Source of the DNA: Sphingomonas sp. | GTDB taxonomy: Bacteria; Pseudomonadota; Alphaproteobacteria; Sphingomonadales; Sphingomonadaceae | NCBI GenBank assembly: GCA_039920225.1 | Contig: JBDSED010000028.1 | Coordinates: 1-54,133, forward strand | Reading direction: 5' to 3' | DNA: 54,133 bases | Shown here: piece by piece, positions 40,701-49,172 of the stretch | Position numbering within the stretch: the first letter of the stretch is position 1 | Layout of the letters: each line of letters opens with the position of its first letter | The notes under the pieces: model-generated | The model's database searches: none | Seen by the model: only the letters and a program-made list of their open reading frames with translations | What the model was told of the DNA's origin: nothing | Translations under genes and position numbers: made by a program

Positions 40701-41241
40701 GAAGCGCCTGTTCCTCGCCGCTCGGAAACAGATCGACCAAGCCACCACGCACCGCGAACTCGCCCTGGTCGTGGACCGTATCGGTCCGGACATAGCCGTT
40801 GGCCGCAAGCAACGCTGCAACCTTGTCGCGCCCGATCCGCTCGCCGGGTGCGAGCCGCGCGACCAATTGCCGCACGCGGAACGGCGTCAGGGTGCGCTGG
40901 ATAACGGCGTTAGCGGTGGTGACGAGAAGCTGGGGACCCTTGGGCGTGGCCTGCAACCGATGCAGCGCGGCGAGCCGTTCGGCCATGATCCGCAAGGTCG
41001 GGCTGGCGCGGTCGTATGGCAGGCAGTCCCATGCCGGATAGGCGATCACCTCGATCTCGGGCGCGAAATAGCCGATCGTCGCCGCGACGCTGCGCATCTC
41101 GGCGTCGTCGGGGGCGATCAGCACCGTCCGCGCCGGTGCCGCGCGTGCCAGATCGGCAAGCAATACCGGCAAGAACCCTGCCGGTACGCCGGCAAGGGTC
41201 AGCGGCGATTTGGCCGAGATGATCTTGGTCGGGTTGGTCAT
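37789..41241 (-). CDS. mfd: Transcription-repair coupling factor
   Basis: WDCLPYD, VVHADHGIGRY, GDVGFGKTEV, DEEQRFGV, QLRGRVGRS. Start placed at ATG 41241. Confidence 0.97.
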   Translation of the reverse strand: MTNPTKIISAKSPLTLAGVPAGFLPVLLADLARAAPARTVLIAPDDAEMRSVAATIGYFAPEIEVIAYPAWDCLPYDRASPTLRIMAERLAALHRLQATPKGPQLLVTTANAVIQRTLTPFRVRQLVARLAPGERIGRDKVAALLAANGYVRTDTVHDQGEFAVRGGLVDLFPSGEEQALRLDFFGDEIESVRTFDPNDQRTTGRVDGFTLLPASEALLDEESIKRFRARYRETFGATATGDPLYQAISEGRRLAGMEHWLPLFEDRLETLFDHIGADALVVREAGVPAAAEQRLEAITDYHANRVRAQSGDPGSYRPLPAKALYLTADEWAAKLATAKAHLTTPFHEPASATVIDFNVDGPRDFAPERSSGVNIYDAVVEHLDKLRKDKKKPILASYSTGSRERLAGLLRDHDLTGAVLVDSWQEALGVADRGVALTILPLDHGFTAPGIALLTEQDMLGDRLVRRNRRKKSADAFLAELATLSPGDLVVHADHGIGRYEGLTQIPVQKAPHDCVALTYAGGDKLYVPVENLEVLSRYGSEEGGTLDRLGGEAWQRRKSRMKERIREIAGELIATAAERALHPGDVIEPDESGYPAFVDRFPYEETDDQDRAIDDVMSDLAAGKPMDRLVVGDVGFGKTEVALRAAFAAAMAGKQVAVVCPTTLLARQHYNNFVTRFEGFPIKIGRLSRLVGTAEAKATREGLTDGTVDLVVGTHAILAKSIEFKRLGLVVVDEEQRFGVTHKERLKTLRADVHVLTLTATPIPRTLQMAMSGIRDLSVIQTPPVDRLAVRTYVMPWDPVVLREALLREHYRGGQSFFVTPRIKDLSEIEDFLRENVPEVRYVVAHGQMGAGEVEERMSAFYDKKFEVLVSTTIVESGLDIPSANTMIVHRADRFGLAQLYQLRGRVGRSKTRAYAYMTTLPNRIVTETADKRLKVLSDLDTIGAGFQLASYDLDIRGAGNLLGDEQSGHIREVGYELYQSMLEEAIMDAKAGGMASRPRDFSPQITVDAPIMIPEEYVPDLDLRMGLYRRLNDIDEQDGIEAFAAEMIDRFGPLPEATANLIKIIEIKLHAKRACVAKIDVGPRGALVAFHDDKPPNIDGLLAYVARLQGVAKLRPDSKLVIAREWNDPQARLNGALQLSKGLAKAAA

Positions 41242-41516
41242 TCTGGCTTCGCGGCTGCCACCGGCACAAAATCGAGAGCGCGCATCGTCGTCATCATCGG
41301 ACCGTCCCAACGCGGGGGACAGGGAAGGGTGCCGATCGCCCACGCCATGATGTCGACGTCCTGCTCCTCGAGCAATTCCTCGAACCAGTCGAGCTGCGCC
41401 GCGTCCCAGCTGTCGCCGTGACGGTTGAAGAACCCGCCGATCATCAGATCGGCTTCCTTGGTGCCGCGGTGCCACGCGCGGAAGCGCAGGCGTTTGAGGC
41501 GAATGTCGCGGTCCAT
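41238..41516 (-). CDS. sdhE: Succinate dehydrogenase assembly factor
   Basis: KRLRFRAWHRGTKEAD (RGxxE motif). Confidence 0.9.
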   Translation of the reverse strand: MDRDIRLKRLRFRAWHRGTKEADLMIGGFFNRHGDSWDAAQLDWFEELLEEQDVDIMAWAIGTLPCPPRWDGPMMTTMRALDFVPVAAAKPE

Positions 41517-41604
41517 CTGGGGCGTTTGCTTTCTGGCCAACGGCAATTGGCCGGCGGCGCTTTTCGGCGCAGTCGGCTGGGGCTAGTGTGCTTCGCAGAT
41601 AGCC

Positions 41605-43656
41605 ATGCGTCCCGATATCCTCAACCCGCTGTTTGCCGAAGTCACCGCGCTGAAGGGCGTGGGGCCTGGCTTAGCCAAGCCGCTCGACAAGCTCGGGCTG
41701 CACCGCGTGGTAGATGTCGCGTTCCACTTGCCGACCGGCTTCATCGATCGGGTGCCGCGCGACGAGCTCGACATGGCGGATGCCGGACGGACGATCGCGA
41801 TCACGCTGACCCCGGTCGACTACAAGACCAGCGCCAGCCCGTGCGGTCCCACGCGCGTCCACGCGATCGACGCCAAGGGAAATTACGTCAGCCTGATCTA
41901 TTTCGGCGGATCGTCGGGCTGGGTGAAGAAGCTGTTGCCGCTAAACGAGCCTAAACGCGTGTCGGGCAAGCTGGAGATGTACGGGCAGGAGCTCCAGATT
42001 ATCCATCCCGACCTGGGCGACGGCGATGAAGGGTTTCGCGAGCGCGAGGCGATCTATCCGCTGTCCGAAGGGCTGACCTCACGCCGCCTCGGTCAGTTCG
42101 CGCACGAAGCGGTCGAACGCTCGCCCGATCTGCCCGAATGGATCGAGCCGGGGCTGAAGGCGAAGCACGAGTGGCCGGACTGGCGCGAGGCACTGGCGCG
42201 CGCGCATGCCGATCCGGCCGATGCCAAGGCGCGCGAGCGGCTCGCCTATGACGAGCTGTTCGCCAACCAGCTCGCCTTCATGCTGGTCCGCGCGTCGTCG
42301 CGGGCGCGGCGGGGCAGGGCGCTGGCGGGGGACGGGCGGCTGCGCGACATGCTCAAGCTGCCCTATGCGCCGACCGGGGCGCAGGCGCGGACGATCGGCG
42401 AGATCGAGGGCGACTTGGCGCAGACCGCGCCGATGCTGCGATTGCTCCAAGGGGATGTCGGGTCGGGCAAGACGCTGGTCGCGACGATGGCGCTGCTGAT
42501 CGCAGTCGAGGCCAGCGCGCAGGGAGCGTTCCTGGCGCCGACCGAAATCCTCGCGCGCCAGCATTTCGACACCTTGCAGCGCATGCTGGCGGGGCTGCCC
42601 GTCACCGTCGCGGTGCTGACCGGGCGCGACAAGGGTCGCGTGCGCGAATCGACGCTGATGGGGCTCGCCGATGGGTCGATCGATATCCTGATCGGCACGC
42701 ACGCGATCTTTCAGGAAGCGGTCGGCTACAAGGACCTCGGCCTGGTCGTGGTCGACGAACAGCATCGCTTCGGGGTCGCGCAGCGGCTATTGTTGCAGGG
42801 GAAGGGCAACGCGCCGCACCTGCTGGCGATGACCGCGACGCCGATCCCGCGCACGCTGACCTTGGCGCAATATGGGGAGATGGACGTCAGCCGGCTCGAC
42901 GAAATGCCGCCGGGGCGCCAACCGATCCAAACGAATGTCGTCTCGGAGGATCGGCTGGGCGAAGTAGTGGAAGGACTCGGCCGGCATCTCGGTGCGGGTG
43001 GCCAAGCCTACTGGGTATGCCCCTTGGTAGAGGAGAGTGAGAAGTCCGATCTCGCTGCTGCCGAAGCGCGCGCCGCCGCGTTGCAGGTCCGCTTCAGCGA
43101 CCGTGTCGGTCTGGTTCACGGCCGCATGAAGCCCGCCGAAAAGGATGTAGTCATGGCCGCCTTCGCGAGCGGAAAGCTCGGCGTGCTGGTCGCAACAACC
43201 GTCATCGAAGTCGGCGTAGATGTGCCCAACGCTACGCTTATTGTCATCGAACATGCCGACCGTTTCGGGCTTGCCCAGCTTCACCAATTACGCGGGCGCG
43301 TGGGTCGGGGCACCGGCAAGTCGATTTGTCTCCTGATCCGCGGAACGGAACTCTCGGAGACGTCTCGCGAACGGCTCATCACGATTCGCGATTCAAACGA
43401 CGGCTTTTACATCGCGGAACGCGACCTTGAACTGCGCAAAGCGGGCGAGATGCTCGGCACCCGTCAATCCGGAGATCAAGGCTATCGGCTGGCTAATCCC
43501 GAACATTTCGCTGCACTCCAACAGACGGCGCACGACGATGCCCGCTTGCTGATCGACCGCGACGGCGGCCTCGACGGGCCGCGCGGCCAAGCAGCTCGCA
43601 CAGCACTTTATCTGTTCGAGCGCGATGCTGGCGTTCAGCTTCTGCGGTCGGGCTAG
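41605..43656 (+). CDS. recG: ATP-dependent DNA helicase RecG
   Basis: QGDVGSGKT, DEQHRFGV, TATPIPRT, QLHQLRGRVGRG, GTRQSG. Confidence 0.96.
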   Translation: MRPDILNPLFAEVTALKGVGPGLAKPLDKLGLHRVVDVAFHLPTGFIDRVPRDELDMADAGRTIAITLTPVDYKTSASPCGPTRVHAIDAKGNYVSLIYFGGSSGWVKKLLPLNEPKRVSGKLEMYGQELQIIHPDLGDGDEGFREREAIYPLSEGLTSRRLGQFAHEAVERSPDLPEWIEPGLKAKHEWPDWREALARAHADPADAKARERLAYDELFANQLAFMLVRASSRARRGRALAGDGRLRDMLKLPYAPTGAQARTIGEIEGDLAQTAPMLRLLQGDVGSGKTLVATMALLIAVEASAQGAFLAPTEILARQHFDTLQRMLAGLPVTVAVLTGRDKGRVRESTLMGLADGSIDILIGTHAIFQEAVGYKDLGLVVVDEQHRFGVAQRLLLQGKGNAPHLLAMTATPIPRTLTLAQYGEMDVSRLDEMPPGRQPIQTNVVSEDRLGEVVEGLGRHLGAGGQAYWVCPLVEESEKSDLAAAEARAAALQVRFSDRVGLVHGRMKPAEKDVVMAAFASGKLGVLVATTVIEVGVDVPNATLIVIEHADRFGLAQLHQLRGRVGRGTGKSICLLIRGTELSETSRERLITIRDSNDGFYIAERDLELRKAGEMLGTRQSGDQGYRLANPEHFAALQQTAHDDARLLIDRDGGLDGPRGQAARTALYLFERDAGVQLLRSG

Positions 43657-43973
43657 CGTAATCCCTTGAGCAACGCCGCGAGCAACTCGTAATATTCTGC
43701 CATACTGATCGGCCGGTCGAGTTCGCAGCCGATCCGCCCGCCGAGTGACCATCGCACCTCCGCAGTGACGACGCCGACCACGGGCAGGGTGATCTTCAAC
43801 CGCTCGCCGACCGGGCGGTCGCCGACGACTCGCGCCATCAGCCCCTGCGCCGACATGTTGACGACCTGAAGCCCCACCGGCTGCGCGTCGCCGCCGTAGG
43901 CGCGCGCGCGATAATCGACCTCGTCGCGCGGTATCTCGCGCTTCTCGGTATAGGCCAGAGCGGTCGCCCCCAT
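43653..43973 (-). CDS. PilZ domain protein
   Basis: REIPR (RxxxR), NMSAQG (D/NxSxxG), VRW...IGCE. Confidence 0.85.
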   Translation of the reverse strand: MGATALAYTEKREIPRDEVDYRARAYGGDAQPVGLQVVNMSAQGLMARVVGDRPVGERLKITLPVVGVVTAEVRWSLGGRIGCELDRPISMAEYYELLAALLKGLR

Positions 43974-44064
43974 AGTGCCTGATGTTCCCTGTTCCACCGC
44001 GACGCTAGGGGCCCGCATGTGAAGAGCTTGAAAAGGAACGTATTTAACGAGCGTTAGCGATAAA

Positions 44065-45291
44065 TTATGATGAGGTCAGCAGCCCGTGATGCTTCTTGCC
44101 GGCCGACACGCGCACCGGATTTCCGCGCATGTCGATGGTAAGTGTTTCGTCCACCACCTTTTCGCCATCGACGCGCGCGCCGCCGCCGGCGATCAATCGC
44201 CGTGCCTCGCCCTTCGATGTGCAGAAGCCCAAGCCGATCAGCGCATCTACGATTCCCACCGAACCGCTCACCGCGAAGGTCGGCAATGCGTCGCCTCCCG
44301 AGCCCTCTTCGAAAGTCTTGCGCGCGGTTTCGGCCGCCAGTTCCGCCGCCGCCGGTCCACGGCACATTGCAGTCGCCGCGTTTGCCAGCGCGATCTTCGC
44401 CTGGTTGATCTCGGCGCCCTCGAACTTCTCCAGCCGCTCGATCTCGTCGAGCGGCAGGTCGGTGAAGATCCGCAGCCGGTTGCCGACGTCGCGATCGTCG
44501 GTGTTCCGCCAGAATTGCCAGTAGTCATAATGCGGCAACTGATCCTCGTGCAGCCACACCGCGCCCGACACGGTCTTGCCCATCTTCGACCCGTCGGCGT
44601 TGGTGATCAGCGGTGTCGTCACCGCGAACACCTCGGTCTGGTCGGCGCGACGCGCGAGGTCGACGCCGTTCACGATATTTCCCCATTGGTCCGACCCGCC
44701 CATCTGCAGCCGGCAACCGACGCGCCGCGACAGCTCGAGAAAGTCGTAGCCCTGCAGGATCATGTAATTGAATTCGAGGAACGACAGCGACTGCTCGCGG
44801 TCGAGCCGCAGCTTGACAGAATCGAACCCCAGCATCCGGTTGACCGAGAAATATTGCCCGATGTCGCGCAGGAACGGCAGATATTCGAGCTTGTCGAGCC
44901 AGTCGGCGTTGTCGACCATCACCGCATCGGTCGGCCCGTCACCGAACGTCAGGAAGCGTTCGAAAATCCGCCGGATCGACGCGATATTGTTGTCGATCGT
45001 CTCCTCGGCGAGCAACTTGCGCGCTTCATCTTTGAAGCTCGGGTCACCGACCTTGCTCGTCCCGCCGCCCATCAGCACGATCGGCTTGTGCCCGGCCTGC
45101 TGCATCCGGCGCAGCAGCATGATCGAGACGAGGTTGCCGACATGCAGCGACGGCGCGGTCGCGTCGAACCCGACATAGCCCGGCACGACCTGCTTGCCCG
45201 CCAGCGCGTCGAGGCCTGCCGCGTCGGTCATCTGATGGATGTAGCCGCGCTCGTCGAGCAGGCGCAGCAGGTCGGACTGGTATGCGGTCAT
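44065..45291 (-). CDS. tyrS: Tyrosyl-tRNA synthetase
   Basis: YVGFDATAPSLHVGN, QMGGSDQWGN, KMGKT, C-terminal S4 domain. Confidence 0.97.
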   Translation of the reverse strand: MTAYQSDLLRLLDERGYIHQMTDAAGLDALAGKQVVPGYVGFDATAPSLHVGNLVSIMLLRRMQQAGHKPIVLMGGGTSKVGDPSFKDEARKLLAEETIDNNIASIRRIFERFLTFGDGPTDAVMVDNADWLDKLEYLPFLRDIGQYFSVNRMLGFDSVKLRLDREQSLSFLEFNYMILQGYDFLELSRRVGCRLQMGGSDQWGNIVNGVDLARRADQTEVFAVTTPLITNADGSKMGKTVSGAVWLHEDQLPHYDYWQFWRNTDDRDVGNRLRIFTDLPLDEIERLEKFEGAEINQAKIALANAATAMCRGPAAAELAAETARKTFEEGSGGDALPTFAVSGSVGIVDALIGLGFCTSKGEARRLIAGGGARVDGEKVVDETLTIDMRGNPVRVSAGKKHHGLLTSS

Positions 45292-45356
45292 GGTGCGCGC
45301 GCCGGTAGCACGAGGAGTGCCGAGGGCAAAGTTGTCGAAGTTTCCCCTGTTCGCGG

Positions 45357-45794
45357 TCATTCGCCCTGTACAGGCCGGTGAGGGCGGATCGCTTTCGAAT
45401 AACTGAGCGCGGCGATGAGGAGGCGGCTGTCGAACCGGTGCACGGTGCCGACAAGCTTGCCGCGATAGTAATGCGGCTGCTCGACGCCGTTGACTGCGAG
45501 TTCAAAGGCACGTTCCAACGCCAGCGCCTGCCCCTCGGCCAGCGCGCGATCCCACGCTGCGGCGAAATCGCCGGCATCGGGACGCCCGCGCAGCCGATAG
45601 GCGGATTGCGCCGTGCACCCGACAGCCTTCGCCGCCGCCGCGACGACGCCCATCGCACGAAGGAGCAGAATGAAATGGCGTTGCCGGTCCGGCGTCCAGC
45701 CGTCGTGACGGAGCTTTGTCGCGACCGCGGCGAAGGTGAGAGCATAGTCGTCGGTGGGCAGATCGGCGAAAGGAGAGGGCGGCTGGTCGGTCAT
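45357..45794 (-). CDS. Hypothetical HTH protein resembling a terminase small subunit
   Basis: HDGWTPDRQ, VAAAAKAVGCTAQSAYRLR (HTH-like), FAAAWD.AL, ALERA..GV, DSRLLI. Confidence 0.6.
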   Translation of the reverse strand: MTDQPPSPFADLPTDDYALTFAAVATKLRHDGWTPDRQRHFILLLRAMGVVAAAAKAVGCTAQSAYRLRGRPDAGDFAAAWDRALAEGQALALERAFELAVNGVEQPHYYRGKLVGTVHRFDSRLLIAALSYSKAIRPHRPVQGE

Positions 45795-45856
45795 CCGCCA
45801 GTCTATTTCAGACGAAATCCTACATTGGAAGGGCTAAGATCGCGGAGAATGTACGA

Positions 45857-45877
45857 CGGCTAACGACCCACTAGCCG
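45857..45877 (+). repeat. Hairpin direct repeat, left of the PEP-CTERM gene
   Basis: cggcta-acgacccac-tagccg. Core 45859-45875 is 15/17 identical to 46953-46969. Confidence 0.55.
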
Positions 45878-46115
45878 CCGTTGGTGACGCTGCGTCAAAG
45901 CTAGGGGCTGAAACGGCTCAAAAGATGAAACGGGTCAGGAAGGAATAGCGAACCAACCCGACCCGGCAGGTCTTTGGGAGAAGCCCGGCAACATAACTTA
46001 GACAGAAATGAGCAATACCGCACTAAGTAATGCCCCATCCAGGTCGCTGCGAAAAATCTCCGTCCTGCGATGGGACATAGCCCGCTTCCACGCATTGACG
46101 GCAGCTGAGAAAAGA

Positions 46116-46130
46116 TTAACGTCACATTAA
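46116..46130. promoter_or_regulatory. Consensus CtrA box
   Basis: TTAA-cgtcaca-TTAA, 71 nt upstream of ATG 46202. Confidence 0.65.
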
Positions 46131-46201
46131 GGGAGCATCGACTCTCACCCGGGTTGCACAAATCTGCAAAGCTAAATTTCGTGCAACGGGGATTCTTCAA
46201 A

Positions 46202-46885
46202 ATGACTATATTCAAATCAATTGTGGTGACTGTCGCGAGTGGGTTGGCGGTTGCCGCAATCCCGGCTTACGCCCAGACTACCGTCTCATACACATCAGGG
46301 CCGGGCTCAGCTGGCGCGCTGAATACGGCGCCAGCCGGCACACAGGCCGCGCCCTGGACACTAAGCGAAAGCATCACTGGGATTGCGCCGCTGGTAATCA
46401 GCTTCAACAATCCGCAGACCGAACCGGTAGGTCCGACGAATAGCGCGGGCGGCAGCTTCGCTTATGGCAAGTGGATTGCACTGACGATCACCAACAACAG
46501 CGGCTTCGCTTGGAATGCGTTCGACCTAGAGCTGCAATCGGTCCTTGGCACCGCTTCAACCGACGGTGACGGCCTGAGTTTTGCTCAAGGCCAGAACTTT
46601 CCGTTTACGAGCAACCGCTTTTCGAGTCTGCACAGGACCGAGGACGTTCGCGACTTTCTTAACTTCGACGGAGGTTCGGTCGCGATCGGCCAGTCGGTGA
46701 CGTTCAACTTCGCCATCACCGATAACGTGCTGCGAAATCAGTTCTGGCTGTCGCAAACGCCCAACCGCGTTGTCGGCGGCGTACCCGAACCGACAACCTG
46801 GGCAATGATGCTCCTGGGCTTCGGCGGAATGGGCGTTGCCCTGCGTCGCCGCCCGAAGGTTGCGGCTCGCATCCGCTTCGCCTGA
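46202..46885 (+). CDS. PEPxxWA-type PEP-CTERM surface protein
   Basis: Signal peptide (..IPAYA|Q) and C-terminal VPEPTTWAMMLLGFGGMGVALRRR. Confidence 0.92.
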   Translation: MTIFKSIVVTVASGLAVAAIPAYAQTTVSYTSGPGSAGALNTAPAGTQAAPWTLSESITGIAPLVISFNNPQTEPVGPTNSAGGSFAYGKWIALTITNNSGFAWNAFDLELQSVLGTASTDGDGLSFAQGQNFPFTSNRFSSLHRTEDVRDFLNFDGGSVAIGQSVTFNFAITDNVLRNQFWLSQTPNRVVGGVPEPTTWAMMLLGFGGMGVALRRRPKVAARIRFA

Positions 46886-46903
46886 ACTCACTCTGAGATC
46901 ACG

Positions 46904-46936
46904 AAGAGCCGTCGGTTTAAAACCGGCGGCTCTTTT
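46904..46936 (+). terminator. Intrinsic terminator
   Basis: aagagccgtcggttt-a-aaaccggcggctctt followed by Ts. Confidence 0.85.
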
Positions 46937-46952
46937 GATTCCTTGAGCGGCA

Positions 46953-46969
46953 GCTAACCACCCAATAGC
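46953..46969 (+). repeat. Hairpin direct repeat, right of the PEP-CTERM gene
   Basis: gcta-accacccaa-tagc. Confidence 0.55.
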
Positions 46970-46988
46970 AGACAAAAGGCGTTTCGAC

Positions 46989-48065
46989 CTACCGCGTCGG
47001 CAACTTGCTCAATGGATCGACCGGCGTCCGCCCCTTCCGCAATTCGAAATGCAGCTCGGGCCGATCCGCCAGGCCGGTGTCGCCCGACAGCGCGAGCGAC
47101 TGGCCGCGTTTCACCGCCTGGCCCCGCTGGACCAGGATGCGACTGGCGTGGCCGTAGACGCTGGTCCAGCCGTCCCCGTGCTTGACCATCACCAGCCCGC
47201 CGAGCCCGGGAACGCCCGTCGCGGTGTAGATCACCACGCCGTCGGCGACCGCCTTGATCGACGTCCCGATCGGGACCGCGATATTGATACCGTCGTTACG
47301 CTCGCCGCTTGCGCCCGCGCCGAAGCGCTTAACGACGTTGCCGGTCGATACGGGCCAAAAGAACGGGCCGTTCAGCGTGCCGGGCGCGGCGATGGGAACC
47401 GTTGAGGGGAGGGGCGCGCGCACCATCGTCGCGGCGCGCGGCGCGCGGTCGCCCTCGCGAATCGCCGGCTCGCCGCCGCCGGTTGCAATGTCGCCCAAGT
47501 CGATCTTGAACGCCGCGGCGCGCTCGGCGAGCGTTTGCGGTCGCGTGCCGCCGGGGATCAGAATGCGGCGGCCCGACCGGAGCACATAGGGCTCTGCCAG
47601 GCCGTTGGCGGCGACGATGTCGGCCCATTTGACGCCATAGGCACGCGCGATCGCGATGCCCGACTGGCCGGGGCGGACGAAGTGATAGCGACCGCCGGGG
47701 ACAATGAGCCGCTGGCCGGGACGGATCGTGAAGGGCGCCGTGAGGTCATTGGCCTCGGCAATATTCTCCGACCCCGCGCCGAGGTGTTCGGCGACGCCGC
47801 GCAGCGTGTCGCCGGGTTGTACGATATAGGTAGAACTCGGGATCGTGCGAGCGTCGGGCGTGACCGGCTGCGCGACCCACGCCGGCGGCGCGGAAGGGGG
47901 GGCGGGGACATCTTCATCCGTGCGCTGCGGTTCGTAGCGGTCGCGCGGCGGCGCGGGATAATCGATCTGCGGACCGCCGGCATCGGAAGGGCCGTAATCC
48001 GCACCGACCGGAATACATCCGGATACGCCCAGTCCGATCATAATCAGTGTCGCTGTCTCCCGCAT
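46989..48065 (-). CDS. LysM/M23 lipoprotein (NlpD/DipM-like)
   Basis: VSGC lipobox, two LysM repeats (YIVQPGDTL, HFVRPGQS), NDGINI (degenerate HxxxD), LHFELR. Confidence 0.9.
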   Translation of the reverse strand: MRETATLIMIGLGVSGCIPVGADYGPSDAGGPQIDYPAPPRDRYEPQRTDEDVPAPPSAPPAWVAQPVTPDARTIPSSTYIVQPGDTLRGVAEHLGAGSENIAEANDLTAPFTIRPGQRLIVPGGRYHFVRPGQSGIAIARAYGVKWADIVAANGLAEPYVLRSGRRILIPGGTRPQTLAERAAAFKIDLGDIATGGGEPAIREGDRAPRAATMVRAPLPSTVPIAAPGTLNGPFFWPVSTGNVVKRFGAGASGERNDGINIAVPIGTSIKAVADGVVIYTATGVPGLGGLVMVKHGDGWTSVYGHASRILVQRGQAVKRGQSLALSGDTGLADRPELHFELRKGRTPVDPLSKLPTR

Positions 48066-48205
48066 CCCGCTCCTTTCGACGATAATCGCGACCAACGTAG
48101 CGAATAAGAAAACACGCGTCAGGTTCTACGTATTTGTCCGTCTGCATCGAATTTGATAGGTGTCGCGGCCAGCCGTCGTCGAAACATCAGCAAAGGACGA
48201 AGTCC

Positions 48206-49107
48206 GTGCGCAACCCCCGCCTTGGGATGGCCACCATGTTGGCTGTTACATTGATCGCCGCCGCTTCTGCGGGCCATGCTCAAACCGACCGCCGTACTCA
48301 TATGAACCTGGCTTGGTCGCCGGACGGCAAGAGGATCGCGTTTTCGGCCTACATCAACTTTAAGCCGCGTTTTTCCTGATCGACGCTGCAGGAGGCGCGG
48401 CACGCGCGCTCGATACCACGCCCGAAAAGGCGAACAACCCCGCCCGGTCGACCGATGGCAAGAGGATCCTGTTCAACGCCCCGGTCGATGATCAGGCCGA
48501 GCTGTTTTCGATGCGACCAGATGGAAAGGACGTGCGCCGCCTCAGTCACACCGCAGTGTCGGAATCGGGAGCAGCGTGGTGGCGCACGCGCGTGGCTTTT
48601 ACGGCCAAGGTAAATGGCAAGCGAGCGTTGTGGATCGCCAATGCCGCGGACGGGTCGAACGCAAAGCCGATCGCTTCGGACCCTCAATGGGATTTTTATA
48701 ATCCGTCTTGGTCGGCGGACGGTACCCGCTTGACGTTCTACTCCGACGCTGGCGACCACAAGGATCAGATCTGGACCGTGAACCCGGACGGGACCAACCT
48801 ACGTCGGGTCACAGACGGGCGGTTCCACAATACGTTCCCGTCGTGGTCGCCGAAAGGCAACAGGCTGTTGTATACTCAAGAGACCGAAGCGTCGGAAAAA
48901 CGCACCGGGCAACTGATCTCGATCGCGGCCGATGGCTCGGATGCTCAGGTGCTGGCCACCGATTCGGTGTTTCTCGGCATATGGTCGCCGAAGGGGAATC
49001 GTATCGCCTATACCCGTTTTGACAGCACGAATGTAGGCGCCGGATTCCAGACAGAGCTGGTCATCGTCGACGCCGACGGAAAGAATCGTCGCGTTATTCA
49101 TCACTGA
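48206..49107 (+). pseudogene. Frameshifted TolB/PD40-repeat exported protein
   Basis: Signal peptide plus WSPDGKRIAF, then a stop at 48377. The -1 frame from the T5 run (48370-48374) continues FLIDAAGG..STDGKRILF into the 48511-49107 ORF, which has WSADG and WSPKG repeats. Confidence 0.75.
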
Positions 49108-49172
49108 GGCAACGAAGCGTCGTTTGAAGGATCCCGTGCCCCAAGCGCGATGTAGCGAGAGCCTTGGTTAGA

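Noticed and set aside
46154-46186. Sigma-54 promoter for the PEP-CTERM gene
   Set aside because: TTGCAC..CTGCA lacks the invariant GG at -24.
48368-48379. Antizyme-like +1 programmed frameshift at TCC TGA
   Set aside because: The continuing frame is -1, not +1, and other lesions point to decay.
49108-49172. attC-like site or surE remnant after serS
   Set aside because: Only a weak ccaag/cttgg hairpin, no matching GTTRRRY partner, and no SurE-like (TNDDG) translation.
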